A stretch of DNA of 64,000 bases from an uncultured Spirochaetota bacterium. GTDB taxonomy: Bacteria > Spirochaetota > Spirochaetia > SZUA-6 > Fen-1364. The stretch lies in contig CAWJSK010000018.1 of NCBI GenBank assembly GCA_963845535.1, positions 119,824 through 183,823 on the forward strand. Direction: 5' to 3'. Positions 9,326 through 19,699 of the stretch are shown here, in pieces; position 1 is the first letter of the stretch; each line of letters starts with the position of its first letter. Both the position numbers and the translations under genes were made by a program. A model generated the notes under the pieces. It was given only the letters and a program-made list of their open reading frames with translations, was not told the DNA's origin and searched no databases.

Positions 9326-9377
9326 AGCCCCTGACCGCCCGGGCGGGGAGGCCTGCGCGCCTGGAGATCAGGCCCGG

Positions 9378-10193
9378 TCATTCTTCCGGCGCGGTCTGAG
9401 AGCGGTGGACCTCGGTCCGGTTTCTCCCGTTGTTTTTGGCGGCGTACAGGGCGATGTCCGCATTGCGCACGAGCTGATCCGCTCCCATGCCTTGCCCCAG
9501 CTCCGCGACGCCGAGGCTGATGGTGACGTGCGGCAGGTCCTTCACGAAATCCCCCTGAACGGATTCCCGCAGACGCTCAGCAACGCCGTGCGCTGTCTGC
9601 GTGTCGGTCCCCGGAAGGGCCATGACGAACTCATCCCCGCCCATGCGTCCGATGAAGTCATAAAGGCGAAGGTTCTCTTCCAGGCGGGCGTAGATCTCCT
9701 TCAATACCCTGTCACCGACCTGGTGGCCGTAGTCATCATTGATTCTTTTGAAGAAATCGATGTCGATGAACACCACGCACAGTGCGCTTGCCAGACGGCT
9801 GCACCTGTCAACTTCGCTCTCCAGGCGTGAGGCGAATATCCGCCGGTTGGGAGCTCCTGTCAGCTCGTCCACTGTTGCAAAGTGTTCCAGGCTTTTCTGG
9901 CGCTCACGCGTCGAGGCAAGAACGCAGGCGGCCGCAAGGGAGGCGCCTGCCGACGTGAGGGCTGCCGCCAGCAGCCAGCCCAGGAAGAACGCCAGGCGCA
10001 CGGCTCCGAGGACGACACAATTGACGGCCAGGCCGAGAAGCCCGGCGAGCACGAAGGTTCCCGCGGCGAACGTCAGGAAGAATACGCCAGGACTGAGAAG
10101 GCTCAGCTTTTCCCACCCCGGGAGACTTCGGGGCCGTTTCGGGAGGCGCTTGTTTTTCAATTTCTTTTTTGACTCGCCATCAGCGATTTCCAT
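9378..10193 (-). CDS. Membrane-anchored diguanylate cyclase
   Basis: Two hydrophobic segments, DELTG-x-PNRR, an RLYD I-site and GGDEF. The start is uncertain. Confidence 0.88.
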   Translation of the reverse strand: MEIADGESKKKLKNKRLPKRPRSLPGWEKLSLLSPGVFFLTFAAGTFVLAGLLGLAVNCVVLGAVRLAFFLGWLLAAALTSAGASLAAACVLASTRERQKSLEHFATVDELTGAPNRRIFASRLESEVDRCSRLASALCVVFIDIDFFKRINDDYGHQVGDRVLKEIYARLEENLRLYDFIGRMGGDEFVMALPGTDTQTAHGVAERLRESVQGDFVKDLPHVTISLGVAELGQGMGADQLVRNADIALYAAKNNGRNRTEVHRSQTAPEE

Positions 10194-10372
10194 TTCCTCG
10201 AATTGTAGGGTATTCCCCCCCCTCATCTCACATACATCATGGTGACATTTTCCTCCCGCATGCGCCAGGGGCGCCCGGCCCACCCGTGGTTCGCCTTTCC
10301 CGGGCACCTTGACAGCGTCATGCGCCGACCATACTGTTGCCTTCAATCCAACCGCGAGGAGAGGGCGAACCC

Positions 10373-11356
10373 ATGGCCATCACTGTGGAGAAGGTCGTCA
10401 CCAGGAAGCAAACGCGGGAGTTCATCAGGTTCCCCTACACGCTGTACAAGAACGATACGAACTGGGTTCCGCCGCTTCTCATGGATGACTACCGCAAGAT
10501 CAACCGCGCAAAGAACCCGTTCTACCAGCACGCGGAAGCGGAGTTCTTCCTTGCCCGCAAGGATGGGAAAGCCGCTGGTCGCATCGCGGCCATCCATGAC
10601 TCCATCTGGGAAAAGACCCACCACGAAAAAGCAGCGTACTGGGGATGGTTCGAGTGCGTCGAAGACCCCGCGGTAGCGAAGGCGCTCTTCGATGCAGCTT
10701 TTGCGTGGGCGCGCGCGCGAGGGTGTCTCCGCATCATCGGCCCTATGTCCCCCAATGCAAATGACTATATCGGCTGCCAGGTGGATGGTTTCGAGGGATC
10801 TCCTGTCCTCCTCATGGAAGCCAAGGGCGGCTTTGCGCTTCGCACGCTCAACATGAAGGAGTTCAAGAAAGAGATCGAGCGCTTCAACGAGCTGTACAAC
10901 CAGTTCGAGCAGGTGAATGCCGTTTTCACTCCCATGACCCATGCGGAGCTCGAACTGATGGCCAATGACCTGAAAATCGCGGTGGACCCGGAGCTGATCT
11001 TTTTTGCGGACGTGGACGGGAAGCCCGTGGGTGTTTCCCTGACGTTGCCGGACTTCAACGTAGGGTTCAAGGCAGCCCACGGCAGGCTTCTTCCTTTCGG
11101 GATATTCCATCTGCTCACCGCCAAAAAGAGGACAAAGATGGTCCGTACCATCAGCATGGGCGTGCTCAAGGACTACAGGAACCGCGGAATCGACCTTGCC
11201 TTCTACTACCACACCTACAAGAACGGTGTGCGTCACGGCTACCGGGCAGGGGAGATGTCCTGGGTGGAAGAGGACAACGTGAACATGACCAATACCGCCG
11301 TGAAGATCGGCGGGAAGCCCTATCGGAAATACCGCGTGTACGAGTACAAGCTTTAG
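10373..11356 (+). CDS. GNAT-family N-acetyltransferase (YghO-like), apparently with an internal in-frame deletion
   Basis: FIRFPY-x-LY-x-ND-x-NWVPPL, NPFY, GRIAA, GVLKDYRNRGI and EMSWV-x-EDN motifs. Confidence 0.8.
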   Translation: MAITVEKVVTRKQTREFIRFPYTLYKNDTNWVPPLLMDDYRKINRAKNPFYQHAEAEFFLARKDGKAAGRIAAIHDSIWEKTHHEKAAYWGWFECVEDPAVAKALFDAAFAWARARGCLRIIGPMSPNANDYIGCQVDGFEGSPVLLMEAKGGFALRTLNMKEFKKEIERFNELYNQFEQVNAVFTPMTHAELELMANDLKIAVDPELIFFADVDGKPVGVSLTLPDFNVGFKAAHGRLLPFGIFHLLTAKKRTKMVRTISMGVLKDYRNRGIDLAFYYHTYKNGVRHGYRAGEMSWVEEDNVNMTNTAVKIGGKPYRKYRVYEYKL

Positions 11357-11371
11357 AAGGCGCGCTTACAA

Positions 11372-12967
11372 ATGAACGGAAGTCTCCTTCTTCGTAACGG
11401 CGTGTTCCGCACCATGGAGCCGCGCGCGCCCCTGGCCTCCGCGGTGGCAATCCGTGACGGCAGGTTTCTCCACGTGGGGGAAGAGGCGGGCGCGCGCGCC
11501 GCGCTTGCCGGCGCCGACGCCGTGCAGGAGCTGGACCTCGGCGGCAGGTGCGTCCTGCCCGGCCTGACCGACAGCCACCTCCACTTCATGTGGTATGCCC
11601 AATCCCTGCACGGCGTTGATGTGGAGACGGCAACGCTGGCGGAGGCGCTGGAGCGGGTGCGCGCACGTGCCCGGGAGGCGGCTCCGGGGACGTGGATCAC
11701 CGGCTCGGGCTGGAACCACAACGTGTGGGCAAACGCTGCTTTTCCCGACAAGCTTTCCCTGGACCAGGCCGCGCCCCGCAATCCTGTTGTGCTGGAAGCG
11801 AAAAACGGTCATGCGCTCTGGGTGAGCTCCGCGGCCCTGGAGAGAGCGGGGATCGGACTGGACACCGCAGATCCGCCGGGCGGCAAGATCGTGCACGGCG
11901 GGGACGGCATACCCTCCGGGGTCCTGTTGGACAACGCCATGCGGCTCGTGCAGGCCGTGGTCCCCCGGCCTTCCGTTTCCGAGCTGGCGCACATGATGCG
12001 TCGGGCGCAGACCGAGGCGCACCGCCTGGGCCTCACGGGCATCCATGACTTCGACCGGACGCTCGCCTTCGAAGCGTTTCAGGAGCTGCACGGCGCGGGC
12101 CAGCTCTCCCTTCGCGTGGTCAAGGGGATCCCCCACGAGGTGCTGGGGCAGGCAATCGAGCTCGGCCTCCGTTCGGGTTTTGGAGACGACATGCTGAGAC
12201 TGGGCGCCGTCAAGATGTTCGCGGACGGCGCCCTGGGGTCCCAGACCGCCTGGATGCTCGCGCCGTACGAGGGCACATGGGCCACGGGGATCCCCATCAT
12301 GAGTGAAGAGGAGCTGTTCGAGGACATCCTTCGCGCCAATCAGGCCGGACTTGCGTGCGCCGTGCATGCCATTGGAGATGCCGCGTGCCACGTTGTTTTG
12401 AACGCATATGAGCGCGCCGCAGCGTCTCTGGCTGGCGGTCCACGCCTCAGAAACCGGGTCGAGCACGCGCAGCTTCTCCACCGGGATGACGTCTCACGCT
12501 TTGCCCGGCTTTCCGTCATTGCCTCCATGCAGCCCCTCCATGCCACCTCGGACATGCTGATTGCCGAGCGCTATTGGGGAACACGGTGCGAAACCGCGTA
12601 CGCATGGAAGTCCTTGCTGGAAAGCGGCGCCCGGCTCGCCTTCGGATCAGATTGTCCCGTGGAGATCCCTGACCCGCTTGTGGGAATCCACGCCGCGGTC
12701 ACTCGGCGCAGGGGGGACGGGAGCCCCGGCCCCGAAGGCTGGCGGCCCGCCCAACGGCTCACCGTGGAAACGGCCGTCTACGGCTACACGCTGGGCGCGG
12801 CGTACGCGGCTGGACGGGAAGGGGAGCTGGGCTCCATTGTCAAAGGCAAGCTTGCAGATCTCACCATTATCGACAGGGACATTTTTGAAATCCCTTCGCA
12901 CGACATCCTGAAGACAGTCGTGGACGCGACCATGGTCGGCGGAGAGCTCGTCTACCGGGATTTCTAG
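11372..12967 (+). CDS. Amidohydrolase 3 family (YtcJ-like) metallohydrolase
   Basis: [19 protein letters not shown], HAIGD, RVEHAQ and FGSDCPV motifs. Confidence 0.92.
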   Translation: MNGSLLLRNGVFRTMEPRAPLASAVAIRDGRFLHVGEEAGARAALAGADAVQELDLGGRCVLPGLTDSHLHFMWYAQSLHGVDVETATLAEALERVRARAREAAPGTWITGSGWNHNVWANAAFPDKLSLDQAAPRNPVVLEAKNGHALWVSSAALERAGIGLDTADPPGGKIVHGGDGIPSGVLLDNAMRLVQAVVPRPSVSELAHMMRRAQTEAHRLGLTGIHDFDRTLAFEAFQELHGAGQLSLRVVKGIPHEVLGQAIELGLRSGFGDDMLRLGAVKMFADGALGSQTAWMLAPYEGTWATGIPIMSEEELFEDILRANQAGLACAVHAIGDAACHVVLNAYERAAASLAGGPRLRNRVEHAQLLHRDDVSRFARLSVIASMQPLHATSDMLIAERYWGTRCETAYAWKSLLESGARLAFGSDCPVEIPDPLVGIHAAVTRRRGDGSPGPEGWRPAQRLTVETAVYGYTLGAAYAAGREGELGSIVKGKLADLTIIDRDIFEIPSHDILKTVVDATMVGGELVYRDF

Positions 12968-15054
12968 GGAACATCGCGCAGCCGCGGTTGAACAACCGCA
13001 AGCGGAAGCTCTTCCAGGCCGTTTGTCTCCGTCTTGAACTGTGACACCAGGCGCTGGAGCTCGCGCGCCATGTGGGAAAGCTCCTCAGTGGCCCCCGACA
13101 TCTCCTCCGCGGATGAGGCAGACGCCTGCGTCAGCTCGTTGACGTGCTCCACCGCCTTGGATACCTGGCGCGAGTTGGCGGTCTGCTCCTCGGTGGCAGC
13201 CGAGATGCCCGCGCTCATCTGGTTGATCTTCTCCAACGCCTTGGCAAGCTCTCGTATGGCGGCCACCTGGCGCGACATGCTCCCCGACAGCTCCCCGATC
13301 ATGCGCTGCACCTTCTGCGAGCTGTCTCGTATCTGCTCCATGGCCCCCGCCGAACCGTTGGCGATGGCCACCCCCTGGGTCACGTTCTTCACGCTCTCCC
13401 TGATCAGGCTCTCGATCTCCTTGGTGGAAGCCGAGGAGCGGTCCGCCAGCTTGCTCACCTCCTGCGCCACCACGGCAAACCCCCGCCCGTGCTCCCCCGC
13501 TCGGGCGGCCTCGATGGAGGCGTTGAGGGCCAGCAGGTTGGTCTGGTCGGCGATGTCGGAGATCACCTCCACGATCCCGCCGATCTTCTGCGAGCTTTCG
13601 GCGATCCGCGTGATGCCCTCCACCACCTGGTTGACCGCTGCCGCCCCCTCCTGGGACTTCTCCACCGACTGGTTGGCCAGCACCGATATCTCTCCCAGGC
13701 TGTGGGAGACCTCCTCGATGGACTTCTGCACGTTGGCCATGGAGGTGGTCCCCTGCGTCACCGCGGTGACCTGCGTCTGGGCGTGCTCGCTGACCTGGTC
13801 CACGCTGGCTGTCAGCTCCTCCACGGAAGCCGAGGTCTCTTCCAGCGTGGAGGCCTGGCTCTGCGCGCTCTCCGCCAGAGACTGCGCGCCTGAGGAGATC
13901 TCCTGGCTGGCGGAGGCGACCCGGTTCGCGCTCTGCTGGACCGCGACCAGCATGTCCCTGAGCTTCCCCGACATTCCGTTGAGCGCGCCGGCGAGCCTCC
14001 CCACCTCGTCCCGGCGAAGGACTTTCAGCTCTTGCGCAAGGTCTCCGTCGGCAATGAGCTGCGCGTAGTTCACCGCCCGCGTGATGGGCTTGGAAATCGA
14101 ACGAGCGAAAAGAAGGAACAGGAGAGAGGCAATCACGATTGTTGCCGCTCCCACAAGGGCCACGAGGTTCTGCACGTCATGCGCGGCAGCGTTGAACTCA
14201 GAGTCAGGGATGACCATGGCTACTTTCCATCCCGTTGATTGAACAGTCGCGAACCCAGCCGTGAACGGCACGCCCTGGTACGTGAAAGAGGCCTCCCCGT
14301 TCTCTCCTACCGCCATCTTTTTCCCCAGCTCCGCGAGCCCCGGCGTCTCGAGCAGCTTCTGCTTGAGGATGTTCTCCCTTTTCGGATGGGCAATGACGAG
14401 GCCTGCCTTGTCGGAGACAAAAACGTATCCGTGGCTGCCGACGCGCTCTCCCATGACCAGCTCGTCCAGAAAGTTGATGCTCAATATCAGCATGGCAGCC
14501 CCCACCACGCCTTTCTCCGACCTGATAGGCGCGGCGATAGGCGTCACGGGATTTCCCGAGACCTTGCTGATGACCGCGGCGCCCACATTCCTCTCCCCGG
14601 CAAGCGCCTTCTGGATATAGGCACGGTCAGCGAGGTTCGTTCCGAGCCGGGCCGGGTCGGAGCTGGCGAATACGATGCCGTCCAGCCCCGCAATACTGAC
14701 AGCCTCATACGCGCCGCCGAGGTCCTTGTCCTGGCGGAACGGGGCAAGCATTTGCGTTGCCAGCCGGATGGCATCAGCGGCTTTCCCGGTCCCCTTTTCA
14801 TGCACGGCGGTGGCAGCGGCAATGACGTCCCGATTGTAAGAAACGCCAAGAACTACCTTGGATTCCTCGGAGAACATCCGGTCGATCAGGCGCGCGATCT
14901 CGGCGGTTCGCGCCGTCAGCTGTTCGCTGCTCAACGCATGCAATCCGGAGGCCGCCGTGGTGACTGCCATGAAAGAGATGGTTGCAAGCGGCACCGCAAG
15001 GAGGATGATCCCCATGAGGATGAGCTTCACATCAAGACGCACGTTCTTCAGCAT
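12964..15054 (-). CDS. Methyl-accepting chemotaxis protein (TM-dCache-TM-HAMP-MCP signal)
   Basis: [30 protein letters not shown] hairpin and HAMP RRDEVG. Start is MLKNVRL at 15054. Confidence 0.93.
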   Translation of the reverse strand: MLKNVRLDVKLILMGIILLAVPLATISFMAVTTAASGLHALSSEQLTARTAEIARLIDRMFSEESKVVLGVSYNRDVIAAATAVHEKGTGKAADAIRLATQMLAPFRQDKDLGGAYEAVSIAGLDGIVFASSDPARLGTNLADRAYIQKALAGERNVGAAVISKVSGNPVTPIAAPIRSEKGVVGAAMLILSINFLDELVMGERVGSHGYVFVSDKAGLVIAHPKRENILKQKLLETPGLAELGKKMAVGENGEASFTYQGVPFTAGFATVQSTGWKVAMVIPDSEFNAAAHDVQNLVALVGAATIVIASLLFLLFARSISKPITRAVNYAQLIADGDLAQELKVLRRDEVGRLAGALNGMSGKLRDMLVAVQQSANRVASASQEISSGAQSLAESAQSQASTLEETSASVEELTASVDQVSEHAQTQVTAVTQGTTSMANVQKSIEEVSHSLGEISVLANQSVEKSQEGAAAVNQVVEGITRIAESSQKIGGIVEVISDIADQTNLLALNASIEAARAGEHGRGFAVVAQEVSKLADRSSASTKEIESLIRESVKNVTQGVAIANGSAGAMEQIRDSSQKVQRMIGELSGSMSRQVAAIRELAKALEKINQMSAGISAATEEQTANSRQVSKAVEHVNELTQASASSAEEMSGATEELSHMARELQRLVSQFKTETNGLEELPLAVVQPRLRDVP

Positions 15055-15174
15055 TTCAGCACTTCCTGGGTGGGCCTGGTTGGACTTTGGATTTGACTCA
15101 CTGTATACGAGATGTCCAATGTCCACAAGGAAAATCTTTGCCCTGGCCGCCTTCACCGTGCTACAGTCCAGGGA

Positions 15175-15810
15175 ATGTCCGTTGCCGGCCAGATCGTCTC
15201 GATTTTCCTCGCGGTTTTCATTGTCGTGGACCCCTTCGGTGTGGTCCCTGTCTTCATAGCCCTCACCGGGGACTTCCCGGCTCGAAAGCGGCGCCTTACA
15301 ATCCGGCGTGCGGTCCTGATTGCCTTTGCCGTGCTGTGTCTTTTCATCTTCACGGGAAACTTCATCCTGAAGTTTCTCGGCATCCAGCCGGGCTCCTTTT
15401 TCATTGCAGGGGGGATCCTTCTGTTCATCGTGTCCATCGACCTGCTGCTGGGCAGGCCGGGGAGGACCAAGACCTCGGGGGAGGAGCACGGCGAAGAGAG
15501 AGAAGACGTCTCCATTTTTCCGCTTGCCATTCCCATGCTTGCCGGACCCGGCACCATTACGACGATCCTCTTGTACGTGAGCGAGGACAAGGCACCGGGG
15601 TTCATCCTGCCCGTCCTTGTGGCGAGCGTGATCCTTGCGCTCCTCATTGCCGGCGTGACCATGCGCCTCAGCTCGTTCTTCCTGCGCGTGCTCGGCAGGA
15701 CGGGGGTCTCCGTGATCGAGCGGATCATGGGGATCATCCTGACCGGGCTTTCCGTGCAGTTCGTCTACGACGGGCTTCTCAAGCTCGGCGTGCTCGTTTC
15801 TCCGTCATGA
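15175..15810 (+). CDS. MarC family integral membrane protein
   Basis: DPFG-x-[24 protein letters not shown] and RIMGIIL motifs. Confidence 0.92.
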   Translation: MSVAGQIVSIFLAVFIVVDPFGVVPVFIALTGDFPARKRRLTIRRAVLIAFAVLCLFIFTGNFILKFLGIQPGSFFIAGGILLFIVSIDLLLGRPGRTKTSGEEHGEEREDVSIFPLAIPMLAGPGTITTILLYVSEDKAPGFILPVLVASVILALLIAGVTMRLSSFFLRVLGRTGVSVIERIMGIILTGLSVQFVYDGLLKLGVLVSPS

Positions 15811-15912
15811 CGTGACAGGAAATTCGAGCATGTCCTTTCGTTGCGCGCGGGAGTGGCGGTGTGATAGCATGGCGTAAAGTTCAAGAATACTGCCACGTGA
15901 CGGAAGCGACGC

Positions 15913-18900
15913 ATGAAACCATCGGACAGCACGTTCGGAAAAGGCCTGCGCGTTGGAGAGACAGTCGGAGACCTTTCGCTGTTCCTCCAGAACATCCTCG
16001 AGTCTTCAACCGAATACTCAATCATCGGCAAGGACCTGGACGGCAAGATCCTCCTCTGGAACGAGGGGGCCCGGAGAATCTACGGCTATAACGCAGAGGA
16101 AGTGGTCGGGTGGGCCAACTCCTCCATCCTCCACACGCCCGAAGACGTTGCCGCCAGCAAGCACCGTGAGATCCTGGCCGCGGCGCTGCGCGAAGGCAAA
16201 TGGGAAGGGACGATCTCCCGGGTCCGCAAGAACGGCCAGCGGTTCACGGCCCGGGTGGTTATCACACCGCGGCGAAATCCCACGGGCAAGGAGATCGGGT
16301 TCCTTCTGATATCGAAGGACATCTCGGAAGACATCCGGCTCGCCGAGCAATTGGAGGCAACGCAGTTCTACACGAGGTCCCTCATTGAGAGCAACATCGA
16401 CGCCCTCATGACCACGGACGTCGTTGGGAACATCACCGATGTGAACCAGCAGATGGCCGCCCTCACGGGCGCGAGCCGTGAGCAGCTCATCGGTTCGCCG
16501 TTCAAGGACTACTTCACGGATCCCCCGCTGGCGGAGGAGGGCATCCGCCGGGTCCTTCGGGAAGGCAAGGTCACCAATTATGAGCTGACCGTTCTGTCCC
16601 GCGACGGAAACACAACGGTCGTCTCCTACAACGCATCCACCTTTCGTGATGCCAACGGAAGGCTCCAGGGCGTATTCGCGGCCGCGCGCGACATCACGGA
16701 GCAGAAGAAGCTCGAGCAACGGCTGCGTGACGCGCAGGCGTACAACCGGGGGCTCATTGAAAGCTCCGTTGACGGCTTGATCACGGTGGACCCGTCCGGG
16801 GTCATCTCGGACGTCAATGAGCAGATGTGCCGCATGAGCGGCTACGCCCGCACGGAGCTGATTGGCGCACCTTTTGCGGATTACTTCACGGACCCTGACC
16901 AGGCAGCCGCCGGCGTTCGGGAGACTTTCCAGCAGGGCGTCGTCACGGACTACGTCCTCACGCTGGCCCGGCGGGCCAGCGCGCCGCTTCTTGTGTCCTT
17001 CAACGCCTCTGTGTTTCGCGACCCCTCGGGGGCGGAGCGCGGCATATTCGCCAGCGCCCGCGACATCACGGAACAGGCCCGGCTCCAGGCCCAACTGGCG
17101 GAGGAGCGCGCGTACAACCGCGGGCTGATCGAGGCTTCCCTGGACGGCCTCATCACGGTGAACCCCGAGCTTTGCATCACGGACGTGAATGAGACGATGT
17201 GCCGCATGACCGGCTATGCGCGCCAGGAGCTGATCGGGAGCCCGTTCTCTCGTTATTTTACGGACCCCGCGCACGCGGATGACGGAGTGCGCCTGACGCT
17301 GGCGGAAGGGGCGGCCACCAACTACCAGCTCACCTTGTGCGCAAAAAACGGGCGGGAAAGCCTCATCTCATTCAATGCCGCGGTTTTTCGAGATTCCAGG
17401 GGCAAAGTGCGCGGAATATTCGCCAGCGCGCGCGACATCACGGAAGAGGCTCGGCTGCAAGCCCAGCTTGCGGAAGAACGCGCGTACAACCGCGGCTTGA
17501 TCGAAGCTTCCGTGGACGGGCTGGTCACGGTGGATGAATCCATGACCGTCACGGACGTGAACGACACCATGTGCCGCATGGTGGGAAGGTCGCGCAAACA
17601 GCTCATTGGGTCATCCTTTCCCTCGCATTTCACCGAGCGCGGCCGGGCGGAGGAAGGCGTGAAGCTGACGTTCGCCAAAGGCGCCGTCACGAACTACGTG
17701 CTCACGTTGATGGCCGCGGGCGGCAGCGCCGTCCCCGTCTCCTTCAACGCCGCGGTGTTCCGCGACCCGGCCGGAAGCGTCCGCGGGATTTTCGCTTCGG
17801 CGCGTGACATCACGGCGCAGCGGGAGCTTGAAACGCAGCTTCGAAGCCAGCAGTTCTACACGCGGTCTCTTATCGAGAGCAACGTGGATGCCCTCATGAC
17901 CACCGACCCGCTGGGGATCATCACCGATGTGAACCAGCAGATGGAGGCCCTCACGGGAACAAGCCGTGAGGAGCTGATTGGATCCCCCTTCAAGAGATAC
18001 TTCACGGACCCGCACCGCGCCGAGGAGGGCATCAAGCTCGTCCTGCAGCAGAACAAAGTGACCAATTACGAGCTCACCGCCACGAGCAAGGATGGGCGGC
18101 AGACCGTGGTGTCCTACAACGCCGCCACCTTCTACGACCGTGACGGCAAGCTTCAGGGCGTGTTCGCCGCGGCGCGCGACGTGACGGAGCGCAAGCGTTT
18201 CGAGCAATCCCTCCAGGAAGCCAACAGGCTGAAGAGCGAGTTCCTGGCAAAGATGTCCCACGAGCTTCGAACGCCGTTGAACGGAATCATCGGGTTCTCC
18301 GAGTTCCTCGTGGACCAGAAGCCGGGGCCTCTCAACGCCAAGCAGAAGGAATACCTCACGGACGTCCTGAACAGCGGCCGGCACCTCCTGCAGCTCATCA
18401 ACGACGTGCTGGACCTCTCCAAAGTGGAGGCCGGCAAGATGGAGGTGGCCCTGGAGACCTTCCCGGTGAAGACCGCTATTGACGAAGTCTGCTCCGTGCT
18501 CACGCCCATGGCCCGTGAGAAAAACATCGAGATCAAGAAATGCGTTTCCGATCACCTGGATTCGGTCATCCTGGACCAGCAGAAGTTCCGCCAGGTCCTC
18601 TATAACCTCCTTTCCAACGCGGTGAAGTTCACCGGCGAAGGCGGGTGGGTGGAGATCACCGTAGGTCAGGACCACCACGGCAGGCTCCACCTCGCCGTGA
18701 AGGATTCTGGGATCGGCATCAAGCCTGACGACGTGGGCAAGCTCTTCGTGGAGTTCCAGCAGCTCGACTCCAGCCTGTCGCGCAGGTATCACGGCACCGG
18801 GCTCGGTCTTGCGCTCACGCGCAAGATCGTCGAGCTGCAGGGAGGGTCAATCCGCGTGGAAAGCCAGCCGGGGAAAGGAAGCACGTTCACCGTTACGCTG

Positions 18901-18933
18901 CCGCTGGCCCCGAGGGGGGACTCCACCGCATGA
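15913..18933 (+). CDS. Cytoplasmic multi-PAS (6 PAS) sensor histidine kinase
   Basis: Repeated PAS/PAC units ending ARDIT, H-box MSHELRTPLN, N-box NLLSNAVKFT, and G-boxes DSGIGI and GTGLGL. Confidence 0.95.
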   Translation: MKPSDSTFGKGLRVGETVGDLSLFLQNILESSTEYSIIGKDLDGKILLWNEGARRIYGYNAEEVVGWANSSILHTPEDVAASKHREILAAALREGKWEGTISRVRKNGQRFTARVVITPRRNPTGKEIGFLLISKDISEDIRLAEQLEATQFYTRSLIESNIDALMTTDVVGNITDVNQQMAALTGASREQLIGSPFKDYFTDPPLAEEGIRRVLREGKVTNYELTVLSRDGNTTVVSYNASTFRDANGRLQGVFAAARDITEQKKLEQRLRDAQAYNRGLIESSVDGLITVDPSGVISDVNEQMCRMSGYARTELIGAPFADYFTDPDQAAAGVRETFQQGVVTDYVLTLARRASAPLLVSFNASVFRDPSGAERGIFASARDITEQARLQAQLAEERAYNRGLIEASLDGLITVNPELCITDVNETMCRMTGYARQELIGSPFSRYFTDPAHADDGVRLTLAEGAATNYQLTLCAKNGRESLISFNAAVFRDSRGKVRGIFASARDITEEARLQAQLAEERAYNRGLIEASVDGLVTVDESMTVTDVNDTMCRMVGRSRKQLIGSSFPSHFTERGRAEEGVKLTFAKGAVTNYVLTLMAAGGSAVPVSFNAAVFRDPAGSVRGIFASARDITAQRELETQLRSQQFYTRSLIESNVDALMTTDPLGIITDVNQQMEALTGTSREELIGSPFKRYFTDPHRAEEGIKLVLQQNKVTNYELTATSKDGRQTVVSYNAATFYDRDGKLQGVFAAARDVTERKRFEQSLQEANRLKSEFLAKMSHELRTPLNGIIGFSEFLVDQKPGPLNAKQKEYLTDVLNSGRHLLQLINDVLDLSKVEAGKMEVALETFPVKTAIDEVCSVLTPMAREKNIEIKKCVSDHLDSVILDQQKFRQVLYNLLSNAVKFTGEGGWVEITVGQDHHGRLHLAVKDSGIGIKPDDVGKLFVEFQQLDSSLSRRYHGTGLGLALTRKIVELQGGSIRVESQPGKGSTFTVTLPLAPRGDSTA
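16369..18228 (+). repeat. Five tandem PAS-coding units with an exact 372-nt period
   Basis: Y[TN]R[SG]LIE units start at 16369, 16741, 17113, 17485 and 17857. Confidence 0.85.
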
Positions 18934-19307
18934 GCCCGCGCGTCCTTGTCGTGGATGACAACCCTGTCAACCTGAAGCTGGCCGCGGACGTTCTTGAGTC
19001 GGAAGGCTATGAGGTGGATCGGGCGGCGGACGCCGAGCAGGCAATGGCGGCAATCGGCAAACGGGAACCGGACCTCATCCTCATGGACGTGGCGCTTCCC
19101 GGCATGGACGGCCTCACCCTTACGCGGAAGCTCAAGGCGGAGGAGGCCACACGGGGGATCTGCATTGTCGCCTTGACCGCATTTGCCATGAAAGGGGATG
19201 AGGAGAAGGCGCGTGAGGCGGGCTGTGACGGGTATATCGTCAAGCCCATCAACACCCGCCAGTTGTGCCTTCAGGTGGCCGCGTATCTGGAAAGGAGAAC
19301 CGTATGA
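18930..19307 (+). CDS. Single-domain response regulator (DivK/CheY-like)
   Basis: VLVVDD, LILMD-x-x-LPGMDG, ALTA and KP motifs; ATGA overlap with the kinase gene. Confidence 0.93.
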   Translation: MSPRVLVVDDNPVNLKLAADVLESEGYEVDRAADAEQAMAAIGKREPDLILMDVALPGMDGLTLTRKLKAEEATRGICIVALTAFAMKGDEEKAREAGCDGYIVKPINTRQLCLQVAAYLERRTV

Positions 19308-19684
19308 ACATCCTCGTGGTGGAAGACAACCCATCCCACGTCAAGCTGATGAGCGTCGTGCTCAAGGCCGCGGGGAACTCCGTGAGCTGTGTGGAGACAG
19401 CGGAGCAGACGTTCGCGGCCATTCGCCAGGACCAGCCTCAACTCATCCTCCTGGACCTCGCTCTTCCGGGCATGGATGGGCTGACTCTCGTTCGCCAGCT
19501 CAAAGCTGACCCTGGTTCAAGAAAAATCCCCGTGGTGGCGGTCACGGCATTCCCGGACCTCTGGGGAAGGCAGAATGCGCTGGACGCCGGCTGCGACGAG
19601 TACCTGCTCAAGCCGGTGGACACCCGGAGCCTCTCGCAGCGGTTGAGCGCCATTGCCGGTGGGGCCGGCCACGCGGTGAACTGA
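19304..19684 (+). CDS. Single-domain response regulator
   Basis: ILVVED, LILLD-x-x-LPGMDG and KP motifs; ATGA overlap with the previous gene. Confidence 0.92.
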   Translation: MNILVVEDNPSHVKLMSVVLKAAGNSVSCVETAEQTFAAIRQDQPQLILLDLALPGMDGLTLVRQLKADPGSRKIPVVAVTAFPDLWGRQNALDAGCDEYLLKPVDTRSLSQRLSAIAGGAGHAVN

Positions 19685-19699
19685 AGGGGCGCCGCCAGC

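Noticed and set aside
15055..15489. 145-aa N-terminal extension of the MCP in the ORF track
   Set aside because: It overlaps marC on the opposite strand; the MCP TM1 begins right after the ATG at 15054.
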